From Eledone cirrhosa (Eukaryota): 64,000 nt of DNA. The notes beneath the pieces are model-generated. The model had not been told where the DNA came from and made no database searches. It saw only the letters and a program-made list of their open reading frames with translations. Made by a program: the position numbers and the translations under genes. Of this stretch, positions 1-13,400 are shown piece after piece. Location of the stretch: contig OZ024761.1 in assembly GCA_964016885.1 (NCBI GenBank), positions 29,140,001 through 29,204,000 of the forward strand, read 5' to 3'. Each line of letters opens with the position of its first letter. Position 1 is the first letter of the stretch.

Positions 1-685
1 GTAGTGATGGTGGTGGTGGTGGTGGATGTGGTAGTAGAAATAGTAGTAGTAGTGGTGGTGGTGATAGTGGTGTTGGAGGTGTTAGTAGTAATAGTAGTAG
101 TAGTGGTGGTGGTGGTGATAGTGATGTTGGGGGTGGTAGTAGTAGTAGTAGTAGTAGTGGTGGTGTTGATAGTGGTGTTGGTGGTGATAGTGGTGTAGGT
201 GGTGGTAGTAGTAATAGTAGTGGTGGTGGTGGTGGTGGTAGTAATAGTAGTAGTGGTGGTGGTGATAGTGAGTGGTGTTGGTGGTGGTAGTAGTAATAAT
301 AGTTGTAGTGGTGGTAGTGGTAGTAATAGTAGTAGTGGCGGTGGTGATAGTGAGTGGTGTTGGTGGTGGTAGTAGTAGTGGTGGTGGTGGTAGTAATAGT
401 AGTAGTGGCGGTGGTGATAGTGAGTGGTGGTGGTAGTAGTAGTGGTGGTGGTGGTAGTAATAGTAGTAGTGGCGGTGGTGATAGTGAGTGGTGTTGGTGG
501 TGGTAGTAGTAATAATAGTAGTAGTGGCGGCAGTGATAGTGAGTGGTGTTGGTGGTGGTAGTAGTAATAGTAGTAGTAGTGGTGGTGGTGGTGGTAGTAA
601 TAGTAGTAGTGGCGGTGGTGATAGTGGTGTTGGTGGTGGTAGTAGTAATAATAGTAGTAATAGTAGTAGTGGTGGTACTGCCAAT

Positions 686-1108
686 AAAAATAATGGTTTC
701 TGACTCAGGCACAGGGCCAGCAATTTTGGGGGGAGGGGAAAGTCGATTAAATCGACCCCAGTACATTACTGGTACTTTATTTTATCGACCCCGTAAGGAT
801 GAAAGGCAAAGTTAACCTCGGTAGGATTTGAACTCAGAACACAAAGGGCCGTAACTCTATGCTGCAAAACATGTCGTCCGACCCTCTACCGATACTGTCC
901 ATTCACCGCCATTGTTTCTACTTTTGGCACAAGGTCAGCAAATACCCCCAGTGCATTACTGGTGCTTTATTTTATCGACTCCCGTAAGGATGAAAGGCAA
1001 AGTTAACCTCAGTAGGATTTGAACTCAGAACACAAAGGGCCGTAACTCTTTGCTGCAAAACAAGATGTCCGACTCTCTACTGATACTGCCAATCCACCAC
1101 TCTGCCCT
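686..1108 (-). mobile_element. Two tandem Meta-type SINEs
   Basis: Two reverse-strand copies of gcctttcatccttacgggg(a)gtcgataaaataaag(t)accag (Meta/MESC-like central domain) with tRNA-like heads. Confidence 0.8.
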
Positions 1109-1499
1109 AACGATGATAATAATAACGATTTCTTTAATAAAGAAGGAAAAGAAGAAGGAAAGGAATTCATTAATAATAGATATGTGAACGTGAGAATCTC
1201 TTGTATGGAGACAAAGGCCTCGCTCACAAAAAAACATGCATGTTTCTAGAGAAGAACAGAAAGACAGACGCTGAGAGGCATGTATGTACCTGTAGGGATG
1301 TAATAAAATGTAAGGCATGCTTAAACATGATAATATATTTCATTGCTGAGGCCACCACCACCACTACTACCACCACCACTGCCACCATCAACAACAACAA
1401 CAATAACAACAACAACACTACAACCACCACTGACACCATCACCACTTAGTCCATTGCCACTACTGTGTTGGTGGTGGTGGTGGTGGTGGTGGTGGAATT

Positions 1500-1905
1500 G
1501 GTGGTTATGGTGGTTGAGGTGAAAGTGGTGGTGGTAGCGGTCGAGGTGAAAGTGGTGGTGGTGGCTGAGGTGAAAGTGGTGGTGGTGGTTGAGGTGAAAG
1601 TATTGGTGGTGGTGGTGGCTGAGGTGAAAGTGGTGGTGGTGGTGGTGGCTGAGGTGAAAGTGGTGGTGGCGGTGGTTGAGGTGAAAGTGGTGGTGGTAGC
1701 GGTCGAGGTGAAAGTGGTGGTGGTGGCTGAGGTGAAAGTGGTGGTGGTGGTTGAGGTGAAAGTGGTGGTGGTGGTTGAGGTGAAAGTGGTGGTGGTGGTG
1801 GCTGAGGTGAAAGTGGTGGTGGTGGCGGTGGCTGAGGTGAAAGTGGTGGTGGCGGTGGTTGAGGTGAAAGTGGTGGTGGTGGTGGTGGTGGTGGTGGTGG
1901 TAGTG
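1500..1905. repeat. gaggtgaaa(gtg)n variable-unit minisatellite
   Basis: gaggtgaaag anchors spaced by differing numbers of GTG. Confidence 0.85.
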
Positions 1906-2150
1906 CTTGTCATTTTTTATGATCATCTTGATTACTGCCATTATCATCATCATCATCGTCACCATCATTGCGATGTTAGTCATTTTATTCTCACTACTAC
2001 TGTCACTATGACTACAAAATGTTGTGTATATTATTTACTTCTCTTTCTCGCTCCACTGCTTCCGTCTCCATCCCACCCCCCCTTCCACAGACACCCACAC
2101 ACACCTGTATATACATGTATATGTATGTATATGTATGTATGAGAGTGTGC

Positions 2151-2180
<30 letters not shown>

Positions 2181-2183
<3 letters not shown>

Positions 2184-2292
2184 AAAAGAGTCAGGACCCC
2201 AACAGCTGAGCTCCAACCGTTTCAACTGCTAGATCCGAACTAAGCCACCAGTATTAGAACAGCAGGAATCTAGCTGAACTTAGCAAGGGGTA
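2181..2292 (-). mobile_element. HHR-family A repeat, non-palindromic copy retaining a decayed full hammerhead layout
   Basis: Minus strand reads acccc TTGCTAA gttcagctagat...atctagcagtt GAAAC ggttggagctcagct GTT ggggtcctgactcttttcct. Confidence 0.55.
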
Positions 2293-2432
2293 CAGTCCAT
2301 ATATGGGCATGCAGTCAAAACAAAATGAGCAGAAATATCAAAGCAAAAATTCCTAAAAATTTGTTGTTTTTCTTGTCTGTCACGGGGAGTGGTCAATGAT
2401 CTGGGATATTGTGTGTGTATATATATATATAT

Positions 2433-2833
2433 GGAGGCACATGGCTTACTGGTTAGAGCATTGGCCTTGCAATCGAAAGGTTGTGAGTTCAATTCTCAGA
2501 CCGGGTGATGTGTTGTTTCCTTGTGCAAGACACTTTATTTCACATTGCTCCAGTTTACTCAGCTGTAGAAATGAGATGATAGGGACTGGGGTCACTATCA
2601 TTCCGCTACAAAGTGGTCGTGGAGATGCCACGGCAGAAAAGCACCCAGCACTCACTGTAAAGTGGACGTGTAGGGGCCATGGAAAAAAAGCACCCAGCAC
2701 TCACTGTAAATGAGGTTGGTGTTAGGAAGGGCATCCAGCTGTAGAAATCAAGCCAGAATCAGTAACCATCTCACCCTTGCAAGCAGGGGAAAGTGGACGT
2801 AAAATGATGATGATGATGATGATGATGATGATG
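2433..2833 (+). mobile_element. tRNA-derived CORE-type SINE with RTE-like tail (family 1)
   Basis: A box TGGCTTACTGG, B box AGTTCAATTC, CORE-like ccttg(a)gcaagacacttt..cagtttactcagctgtagaaatgag, tail shared with the RTE 3' UTR, (ATG)n end. Confidence 0.85.
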
Positions 2834-3069
2834 TATTTGTGTGTGGTACCACAGAACATCCAACTCACACTGTAAAGTGGTCATGTAGGAGACATGACAA
2901 AATGGCTCCCAGTCCACACTGTAAATGTGGTTGACATTAGAAAGGGCATCCAGCCGTAGAAAACCTGCCAGAAACAGTTCTATACAAGCGAGACACAGTC
3001 ACCTGACCAATCTTGCCTCAAGTGGGACAAACCCATCCAACCCATGCTGGTGCGGAAGATGGACGTTGG

Positions 3070-3570
3070 TTTTCTGGCTGACCAGCAAGTTGTTTGGCCA
3101 GCCGGCTGGATGACAACCTTTGTAATTAGCTAGCTGGCTGGCTGGACATATTGACTGGATGGTTGGCTGGTTATGTGGCTGGCTGACAATGTGGTTGACC
3201 AGCTGTTGGGCGAAGTGGTTAGCTATCTACATGGTCAGCTAGCTGACCAGGTTGTTGGCTAGCTGTAGGACAAGACACTTTACTGGCTGGCTGACTGGAG
3301 AGCTGGCTGATTCTGTGGCCAGCTGACTGACCAGATAGTTGGCCAGCTGTAGGCCATGGTAGTTATCTGGTTGGCTGGCTAGATGATTGACCAGGTGATT
3401 GGCAAGCTGTAGGACAATGTAGTTGGCTAGTTGGCTGGCCAGGTGTGTGGCTCGCTTATTGACCAGAAAGCTGTTTGGCTAGCAGGCTGGCTTGTTGTGC
3501 AGCTATATAGTTGGCCAGCTAGCTGACTGGCAAGCTGGCTGACCGGGTAGATGGCTGGTCAGCTACCCTC
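3070..3570. repeat. Decayed (GGCT/GCTA)n-like low-complexity tract
   Basis: Recurrent gctggctg, ggccagct and tagttgg words. Confidence 0.6.
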
Positions 3571-4429
3571 AGATATATGGAAACATTAAGAGTATCAGAA
3601 CAAAGGCAACAACAACAACAATAACAACAATAACAACAACAATGTAGATTAGATATATGATCAATATGGCATTAATCAACACGGATTATGGATGACTCAC
3701 AATTGACCTTCCCATGTGAGATAGGGTGGAAGTGGTTGAGTGGGAGGGGAGTAGTGGGGGAGGGCAAGTGGTGGAGGAGGAAGTGAAGGGTGGTTGGTGG
3801 GGGAGGAGAGGGAGGAGGAGTAGAGTAAGTGGTGGAGGAGGTGGAAACGGAAGAGGTGGAGGTGAAAGAGGAAGTGGTAGAGATGGAGGAGGTGGGAGGG
3901 GGTAGGTGGAGATGGAAGAGGAAGTGGTAGAGATGGAGGAGGAGGAGGAGGAGGAGGAAGGGGAGGGGGATGGAAGAGAAACAAAAAAAAACAATAAAAA
4001 AAGTAACGAAAAGATAAGGAGTGGGGATGGTGGGGGAGAGGAGTGATGTAATGGTGGGCGGTGTAATGGCAGGGTGGCGGGGTGGGGTGTAATGGTGGGG
4101 GGAGGGGTGTGGTGTAATGATTGGGGGGAGGGGTGTAATGCTAGGGTGGAAGGGTGTGGTGTAATGGTTGTGGGGGAGAGGCGTGGTGTAATGGTGGGGG
4201 AGGGATGCGGTATATTGGTGGGTGAGAAGGTGCAATGGTTAAGGGGAGGGGTACGGTGTAATGGTTGTGGGGCGGTGGAGGAGGGGATAAAAATATACAA
4301 CAAAGTGAATATCTATACATAATATAAAAGAGAGATGTTGGGTGATTGGTTCCTTCCCACATCCCACAAAAACGAAACATGACAATCGAAAAGTAAGACC
4401 AGCAATGAAGCAAGGACATACCCAGGGTG

Positions 4430-5490
4430 GTTTCTTCATCACCGTTTTACGTCTGTTCTTCCACGCTAGCATGGGTTTGACGGATTGTCCTATTGTGGGC
4501 AGTGCCCTGTCGGCTGATCATGCCTTGCTCATACGGAAACTGATTCTGGCTTGATTTCTACAGCTGGATGCCCTTCCTAACACCAACCTCATTTACAATG
4601 AGTGCTGGGTGCTTTTTTGCCATGGCACCTCCACGACCACTTTACAGTGTGGGCTGGGGCCTTTTTTTCCATGGCACCTCCACGACCACTTTACAGTGTG
4701 GGCTGGGGGCTTTTTTGCCATGGCACCTCCACGACCACTTTACAGTGTGGGCTGGGGGCTTTTTTGCCATGGCACCTCCACGACCACTTTACAGTGTGGG
4801 CTGGGGCTTTTTTACCATGGCACCTCCACGACCACTTTACAGTGTGGGCTGGGGGCTTTTTTGCCATGGCACCTCCACGACCACTTTACAGTGTGGCTGG
4901 GGCTTTTTTGCCATGGCACCTCCACGACCACTTTACAGTGTGGGCTGGGGGCTTTTTTGCCATGGCACCTCCACGACCACTTTACAGTGTGGGCTGGGGG
5001 CTTTTTTGCCATGGCACCTCCACGACCACTTTACAGTGTGGGCTGGGAGCTTTTTTGCCATGGCACCTCCACGACCACTTTACAGTGTGGCTGGGGCTTT
5101 TTTGCCATGGCACCTCCACGACCACTTTACAGTGTGGGCTGGGGGCTTTTTTGCCATGGCACCTCCACGACCACTTTACAGTGTGGGCTGGGGGCTCTTT
5201 TTCCATGGCACCTCCACGACCACTTTACAGTGTGGGCTGGGGGCTATTTTGCCATGGCACCTCCACGACCACTTTACAGTGTGGGCTGGGGGCTTTTTTG
5301 CCATGGCACCTCCACGACCACTTTACAGTGTGGGCTGGGGGCTTTTTTGCCATGGCACCTCCACGACCACTTTACAGTGTGGGCTGGGGGCTTTTTTTCC
5401 GTGGCACCTCCACGACCACTTTGCAGTGTGTGTGTGTGTGGGGCATATTGTCTATCTGCTTCAGCTTCGGCTTGTTCCAGTGGGAAGCCG
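4430..5490 (-). repeat. RTE/SINE tail carrying a ~44-bp minisatellite (about 18-19 homogeneous units, ~4605-5430)
   Basis: Unit gctgggggcttttttgccatggcacctccacgaccactttacagtgtg; the same unit occurs only 1-2 times in ordinary SINE copies. Confidence 0.9.
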
Positions 5491-5599
5491 GGTTTATTGA
5501 TACTAATTTTATAACATCAAAGAAGAAAAGCATCAAAGCATCCCAGGTATGCTAATCAACCTGACTGCTATTTCTAGCAGGTTGGTAATCAACCATAAG

Positions 5600-5690
5600 G
5601 GAAAGGGATTCTGTCTGCACGTTCGTTGTCAGTGATGATCGTGTTTCACGGCAAACATCACTGTTTCAAACGCTGGTTCACACACTGGTT

Positions 5691-5721
<31 letters not shown>

Positions 5722-5848
5722 ACACACATACACGCACACACATACACATTTATACTGTAAACCAAATAATGCATCCAATACAGATGTTTTCTCTTGTACC
5801 TGTCTTCTCTTATCTGTTTACCCAGGCAAAACTGGGTATCTCAGCTAG
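5600..5848 (+). mobile_element. Non-autonomous Helitron 3' end (5' boundary uncertain)
   Basis: Hairpin TACCCAG-gcaaaa-CTGGGTA (5819-5838) followed by CTAG|T at 5845-5849. Confidence 0.55.
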
Positions 5849-6976
5849 TATATATATATATAAATATGAAAAGAGGGGGAGGGGGAGGGTGATGGTGCTG
5901 GTGTGATTACTCAGTGTGGCCATTGCTGGCACCATTAACCATTGTCACCACCACCACCACCAATATACCAACAACAACTGCCACCGCAACTACCACCACC
6001 AATCCAACATCACAAACACCTCCACTACCGCCACATCCACCACCACCAGCACCAACACCACCACCACTACCACCATCACTACTGCCACCACCCCAACAAT
6101 CTCCACCACCCCAACCATCTCCACCACCAACAGCACCTCCACCACCACCACCTCCACCACTACTACCTCCACTACCACCTTCAATACCACCCCAACCACC
6201 TCCACCACCAACAGCACCTCCACCACTACCACCATCACCACCACTACCACCACTACCTCCTCCACCACCACCACCTCCACTACCATCTTCACTACCACTC
6301 CAACCACCTCCACCACCACAACCCACACCACCTCCACTACCACCACCACCACCCACAACCATCACAATTGCCCCCACCCCAACCACACCACCACTACCAA
6401 CCAACACCACCACCTCCTCCACCAGCACCACCGCCAACAGCACCACCACCAACAGCACCTCCACCACCTCCCTGACATCTACCACCACCTCCCCCCACCA
6501 CCAACAGCACCTCCACCACCTCCCTAACATCTACCACCACCTCCCCAACCACTACCGCCATCACCTCCCCAACCACCACCACCACCTCCCCAACCACTAC
6601 CTCCACCACCTCCCCAACCACCACCACCACCGCCACCACCACTACCACCACCACCACCACTGCTGACTCAATGACATGCTTTGCCAATTCTGTGATGAAT
6701 ACAAATATGAAGAGTTGACAGTGTGATATTAAAAGTTCTCCACTGTGTGATATCCTGTTGTTCAACTTCAAGTCATCATTGACTGAGCAGACCTCTCATT
6801 ACAATCCATTGTATCTAGCTATGCTATATCTTACAATACGCTATATAGTATATACATATACATATATATATATATGTATGTATATGTGTACATATGTACA
6901 TATATGTATATATGTACACACACACACACACATATATGTGTATATATATATATATGTATATAAATATATATATATA

Positions 6977-7177
6977 AGGAAAGAGTCAGGACCCCAACAG
7001 CTGAGCTCCGGCCATTTTGACAGCTGCTAGATCCAAACTGTTCTGATCTAGCTGTCGAAATGGCCGGAGCTCAGCTGTCGGGGTCCTGACTCTTCTCCTA
7101 TTACCCACTCTACTACCCTAAGTATTGAGTACTCTGGTGCGTTATGGTTCACCTGGTATCTTACCACACCCACTCTG

Positions 7178-7180
<3 letters not shown>
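6977..7180 (+). mobile_element. HHR-family A fold-back repeat in (TA)n
   Basis: Palindrome 6977-7100 followed by the shared tail ttacccactctactaccctaagtattgagtac...ttaccac; (TA)n on both sides. Confidence 0.75.
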
Positions 7181-7229
<49 letters not shown>

Positions 7230-7380
7230 ATATATGAAGGAGTCAGTACTCTAACAGTTGAGCTCTTGCTGTTTTAATAGCTAGTTCCAGCTTACTACCC
7301 CAAGTATTGGGTGCTCTGGTGAGCAATGGTCTAACCAGTTTTTTATTGTATCCATTTTGATCTATATATTATATCCACAG

Positions 7381-7727
7381 GCATCATCATCATCATCATC
7401 ATCATCATCATTTTACGTCCGCTTTTCCCTGCTTGAAAGGGTTGGACGGGTCCTATTCAGCACAGCATCTCTCCATTTGTCACGGTCCTTCATCATCTCC
7501 TCCGTGAGTTTCAGCGATCTTAGGTCTGCTCTCACCACCTCTGCCCGTGTTTTTCGTGGTCTACCTCTACTGCGTCTTCCCTCCACTGGGACTTCCTGGC
7601 ACTTCTTCACCCATCGGTCATCCTCCATGCGCATCACATGTCCATACCATCTCAGCCTTCTCTCCTGCACACCACAGCTTATCCCTCTTATACCCAGTTT
7701 CTTTCTCAACTCGTCTATGCTTGGTCA
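7381..7727 (-). mobile_element. RTE LINE 3' fragment
   Basis: RRLRWYGHVMRMEDDRWVKKCQEVPVEGRRSRGRPRKT..DRDKWRDAV followed by the trinucleotide tail. Confidence 0.85.
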
Positions 7728-8564
7728 TTCGTGCATATATATATATTTATCCTTATCGAGCCCTCTTTGGATTTTAGTCTCCAAATTTATTATTATTACT
7801 ATTATCATCATTCATCATTTTACGTCCGCTTTTCCCTGCTAACATGTTACAATACTAACATACACTATGATATAAAAATGGCTTCTGTTGCTGTAAAGCA
7901 TATTGTGCAACGCTCAACTGATGCTGCTAATCCACATCCCTATTAATGCATGCATGCATGGTCCCATATTTCCTGAGGGAGTCATAGGAGTGCCGTATTG
8001 ATATACAGGGCATTTTTAGACCCGGCAGAGCCCAATCCTTTCCCGGTCTGAATCCAGCAGATTTCTATTCGAGAAGGAAAGAGGAAATGAGAGCATGGAA
8101 ATGAGAAAGAGATATAGAAGAAGAACCGACAACAGTACTAAACTCGTACTTTTTTTTATCAACCTTGAATGGATGAAAGGTAAAGTTGGCCTTGGCGGGA
8201 TTTGAACTCAGAGAGCAGAGAGTTGAAATGAATACGAGAAACCATTCTATCTGCAGTTCTAATGACTCCATATTTTCCACCTATCTCCCTAATAAAAGTG
8301 ATAATAATATTTAAGATAGAGAAATACGGGCCACAGAATGGCATATAATAAGTCTGACATCATTGTCTATGGTAAAACTGACAACAGTGAGTTAATAATT
8401 GATGTGATAGTGACTGTAATGTTGAACAGAGGTGATGTGATAGGTTAATGTGTTACACTAAACTAGCTGTTAAATTAGAGAATATTATGGCCAATCAGAA
8501 ATGTGTCTGTCATCCCAGTTATAATTGGTTACAAGTGGAATAATATACAAGTACTTCAGTCATT

Positions 8565-9075
8565 GAACTCGTGGTTGTGAAGACATTTGATGTTCTTGGG
8601 CCTCAAACCACCTCCATTCACTGCTTCAAGGACAGATTTGGCCACCCACAGGAGTAAGTCCCATGAAGTGGTCTGGCATCTTGTTAATTTCGTAGTGGTG
8701 AAGACTTCTGGTGTTCTGGGTCCATGAACCGCGTCCCTATTCACTGCTTCTAAGACAGAGTTGGTTACCCACAAGAGTAAGTCCCATGAAGTGGTCTGGC
8801 ATCTTGTCAATTTTGTAGTGGTGAAGACCCCTGGCGTCCTTGGTCCCCGAACCACCTCCATATTCACTGCTATCAGGACAGAGCTGGTTACCCATAGCAG
8901 TAAGTCCCATGAAGTGGTCTGGCATCTTGTCAATTTTGTAGTGGTGAAGACCCCTGGCGTTCTGGGTCTCTGAATCACCTCCATATTCACTGCTTTGAGG
9001 ACAGAGCCGGCCACCCACAGCAGTTGACCACTAGCAGGAGTGAATACTATAAGTGGACTGACGTCTTGTCAACCG
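8565..9075 (+). repeat. 123-bp tandem repeat (~4 units) derived from a CRE-like endonuclease tail
   Basis: agtaagtcccatgaagtggtctggcatcttg at 8653, 8776 and 8899; its translation aligns with that of 13215-13330. Confidence 0.8.
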
Positions 9076-9137
9076 TAAACCACCTCCTTATTCACTGACA
9101 TTAAAGTCGAGTTTTATATATATATATATATATAAAA

Positions 9138-9367
9138 CCCTTTAGCATTTAAAGCATCCATATCCGGCCAGAATTCTCTCACTTCTTTCTGTTAATAGCA
9201 GCCATAACCGGCTGCTCATACTGATGTTAAGGTATTGTTCTCAAAATAAATAACATCAAAAACTCATAACTTCAATATTATGTGAGTTAAAGCTTTTATA
9301 CAATAGTATATATAGGGTTTAAATATATTTACAATAGTCTATATAGAGTAATATTAATGCTAAAGGG
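9138..9367. mobile_element. piggyBac-type MITE
   Basis: TIRs CCCTTTAGCATT / AATGCTAAAGGG; right flank TTAA, left flank degenerate (aaaa). Confidence 0.65.
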
Positions 9368-9380
9368 TTAAGATTTATAT

Positions 9381-9543
9381 ATAACAAAGAGGGTGTGGTA
9401 AGAAACCAGGTGAACCATAACGCACCATAGTACTCAATACATTGGGTAGTAGAGTGGGTAATAGGAAAAGAGTCACGACCCCGATGGCTGAGCTTGATCC
9501 GAATGGCCGGAGCCTAGCTGTTGGGGTCCTGACACTTTTCCCA
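9381..9543 (-). mobile_element. HHR-family A repeat with internal deletion of the hairpin centre
   Basis: Reverse complement of the shared tail plus a shortened palindrome. Confidence 0.7.
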
Positions 9544-9544
9544 T

Positions 9545-9578
<34 letters not shown>

Positions 9579-10124
9579 CAAGAGCAATATGTATTCTTTG
9601 TGGAGGGCCCAGGGGCAGAAAACTGAAGGGCAGTACCCCCCGGGCTGCACATACTCTAGCTACTTCACTACCACAGTGAGATTGAACCTGGCATCTTATA
9701 ATTACAAAGCAAACTCTTTAACCATTTAGCTATGCTGTGACCACCACAGCAATAGATGATAACATGATAAGGCTGATGAGATGTGAATTGTGTTGATGTA
9801 GAGTTTATTTTATACAATAATGTCACGGCAAGTTTATTAACATGTAGTATACAGTTCATCAGGCTATACATATTGAGGTGGGGAACACACATATATAATG
9901 ATAGACAGACACATATACACATATATACACATATATATACACATATATATTACAAACATACACATATATACACACATATGAACACATACATGCACATATA
10001 TATACACATATATATTACAAACATATGAACACAAACATATGAACACATATACACACATATACATACACACACATATACACACATATATACATGCACATAA
10101 ATTCACACATATATACACACATAC

Positions 10125-10155
<31 letters not shown>

Positions 10156-10683
10156 AATAAACACACATATACATACACATACCCACATACACACATATAC
10201 ACACACATATAGGTACATACACACATATAACAACTTACATACACACATACACATATACCCACATATATATATATATACACATACACACACACACATATGC
10301 ACACACACTTTATCAACATCTATTATACAGTTCATCAGATATTACATAGAAAGGGCAACACACATACATGATATAAAAGATCATAAACAAACACACACAT
10401 ATACACACACACCCTAATAAATATACACTCATATACATATACATACCCATACATAACGACACACACAAATACACACACAAATATATACAGAAATATATAC
10501 ACACACACATACGCACACATGCAGACTGATGTACACATATAATCACACACACACACAACACTGACACACAGACAGTTGTACACTTATATAATCACACATA
10601 CACACAGACACACACACTGATGTACACATATATAATCACACACACACACACACACACACACAGACAGATGTACACATATATAA

Positions 10684-10725
<42 letters not shown>

Positions 10726-11323
10726 ATGTACACATATAATCACACACACACACACACTCACAACACTGACACACAGACTGATGTACACATATATAATCAC
10801 ACACACACACACAGACAGATGTACACATATATAATCACACACACAAACACACACACACAGACACACAGACTGATGTACACATATATAATCACACACACAC
10901 ACACACAACACAGACAGTCAGATGTACACAAATATAAACAGACACATACACACACACAACACACAGACAAACACGCATATGTAAGTATATAGATACACAG
11001 AGACAGATGTACATATATACATATACACACATCACACAGGCAGACAGATGTATATATGTAAGTATACATACATACACACACACACACACACATACATACA
11101 GATGTATATATATATATATATATATATAAACGCTTACATACACACAACACACAGAGAGATGTACATATATAAGTACACACACACTCACATACATACAGAT
11201 AGATGTATATATATATATTGATCATACACAACACACACATACTCATACATACATACACACACAACCCACAGACAGGTGAACATATATAAATATATATATA
11301 TATATATATAATACACACACACA

Positions 11324-11383
<60 letters not shown>

Positions 11384-11432
11384 ATACATACATACATACA
11401 TACATACACACACAACCCACAGACAGGTGAAC

Positions 11433-11471
<39 letters not shown>

Positions 11472-11581
11472 CACACACACAAACAAATATATATATATAT
11501 ATATATATACATACACACACAGATATACATACATACATACATACATACATACATACATACATACATACATACACAGACACA

Positions 11582-11641
<60 letters not shown>

Positions 11642-12144
11642 TACATACACACACAGATATACATACATACATACATACATACACAACACACAAACAGGTA
11701 GAAGTACATATAAATACACACATACATACACTCATACACACAGCATCCAGCTCAGTCAGATAGATGTATATATATATATATATACACATATATGTGTGTG
11801 TGTGTATATATATATATACACATATATGTGTGTACATATATATACACATATATGTGTGTGTATATATATATATATACACACATATACACAACACAGATAG
11901 ACACACAGACAAAAAGATGTATATTCAATACACATACGCATACACAACATACATCCACAACACAGACAGACACACAGACTGACAGACAAACACCATTCTA
12001 ATTTCATGGCTGGCTAAGAAGTAGGTTGATGTGTCTGAGGAAAGAGGTTAGTATATATATATTGTTGTTGAAGTGGTGGTGGTGGTGGTGGTGGCAGTGG
12101 ATTGTGTGTGTGTGTGGGGGGGGGGGGTATTGATGAGTGGACAC

Positions 12145-12515
12145 TGCATGGTTGATTGGTTAAGAAGTCCACTCAATAATCATTAGGTCTCTCGGTTCAA
12201 TTCTCCTCAGTAACATTTTGGACAAATTGTCCTTTATCATAGGCCTTGGTTCACACAAGCCTTGTGAACGAAACTGGGTAGACAGGAACTGTTTGGAAGC
12301 CCGTCAGATGGACTACTGTACCTGTAATTCAAAGGGTCAGCCATGTCACACACTGTGTCTTGCTAAATCTCCCTGGGTACTATGTAAAGAGTACACATGT
12401 ATGTGGAATACTCAGCCATTTACACTATAAAATTGACTGTACCTGTAATTCAAAGAACCAACCTTGTCACACACAGTGCCATGCCGAATCTCCCTGAGAA
12501 CTATGTTAAGGATAC
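12145..12515 (+). mobile_element. Decayed tRNA-derived SINE(s) of a third family plus a duplicated tail segment
   Basis: tggttaagaag..ggttcaattc head; ccttgtgaacgaaactgggtagacaggaactg; tgtacctgtaattcaaag..aatctccctg occurs twice. Confidence 0.5.
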
Positions 12516-12876
12516 AAAACAAAAACCAATACCAGTCTATAGCTATGGACTAGTAAAATCATAAGAGCCTCAGATGAGATACCATGCAGTATATATCCTG
12601 GCCCTCCAAAGTCTGAGTTCAAATCCTGCAATGGGCGAGATGGGAAGGTAAACTTAGAAATTCATAGCAAGTTTTTACATGACCCCTTATCCTTGGCTAT
12701 TTTTAGTGTAACCCCATCTGTTGCATGCATTTAGGGACCAAATCTCCTGTTTCAGGATTTATTCTTCCTGCTCACCAGTCTCGGAGACCCTGATATGGGT
12801 CATGAGAAATGCATTCTCTCCTGGACTAAACAGCAAATAAAATTTAAAAAACAAAAAGGTTTTATACTGATATTTG

Positions 12877-13100
12877 GGTGACGAGGTGCCAAGAAATCCC
12901 AGTGGAAGGAAGCTGCAGTAGAGGAAGACCTAGGAAGACCTGGGCAGAGGTTGTGAGAGTTGATCTCATCTTACTGAAGCTCACAGACGAGACAACGAAA
13001 GATTGCATCAAGTGGACAGATGCTATACTGTGCTATGCTATGCTGGAAAAGGCCTGTCTAACCCATGCAAGCATGGAAAAGCAAATATAAAACGATGATG
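12877..13100 (+). mobile_element. RTE LINE 3' fragment (degenerate)
   Basis: CQEIPVEGSCSRGRPRKTWAEVVRVDL, same family as 7381-7727, ending in gatgatgat. Confidence 0.8.
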
Positions 13101-13214
13101 ATGGTGGTGGTGGTGGTGGTGGTGGTGGTGGTGTTGGTGGAGATAATGCTGATGGTGATTGTGCGAGATCTACACTGATGAAAACCATCATTTGTACTTG
13201 TGAAAATAATTGAA

Positions 13215-13400
13215 AAATAGCAGTGGAGACCTCTGTTGTCTTTGGCCCTAGGGACACCTCCCTACACCCCACCATCGGCACAGAGTTGGCTACCCACAGG
13301 TGTGAGCCTCGCGAGATGGACTGGCTCTTCCAGCGCATCTCCCTCACCATCCTCCGGGGAAAGGCCTTCTATACCCTGTCTGTCAGGGCCACAGAGTGGG
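13215..13400 (+). mobile_element. CRE-like (restriction-like endonuclease) retrotransposon C-terminal remnant
   Basis: IAVETSVVFGPRDTSL..IGTELATHRCEPREMDWLFQRISLTILRGKAF resembles the AVETxGxxG...LFQRISxAIxRGNA tail of CRE-clade elements. Confidence 0.65.

Noticed and set aside
2433-2505. tRNA genes at SINE heads (also ~44895-44965)
   Set aside because: A/B boxes run directly into SINE bodies or are decayed; no complete cloverleaf.
4568-5555. Three overlapping ~300-aa repetitive ORFs
   Set aside because: Stop-free ~44-bp minisatellite with frame drift; derived from a retroposon tail.
6661-6795. C/D-box snoRNA on the minus strand (ATGATGA with a weak terminal stem)
   Set aside because: No CTGA D box at the expected 3' position.
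12776-12825. Possible minus-strand exon (tttAG or tccAG ... ACTG|GTGAGC)
   Set aside because: Plausible splice sites, but the peptide resembles nothing I recognise and is not SRRM-like; needs RNA-seq.
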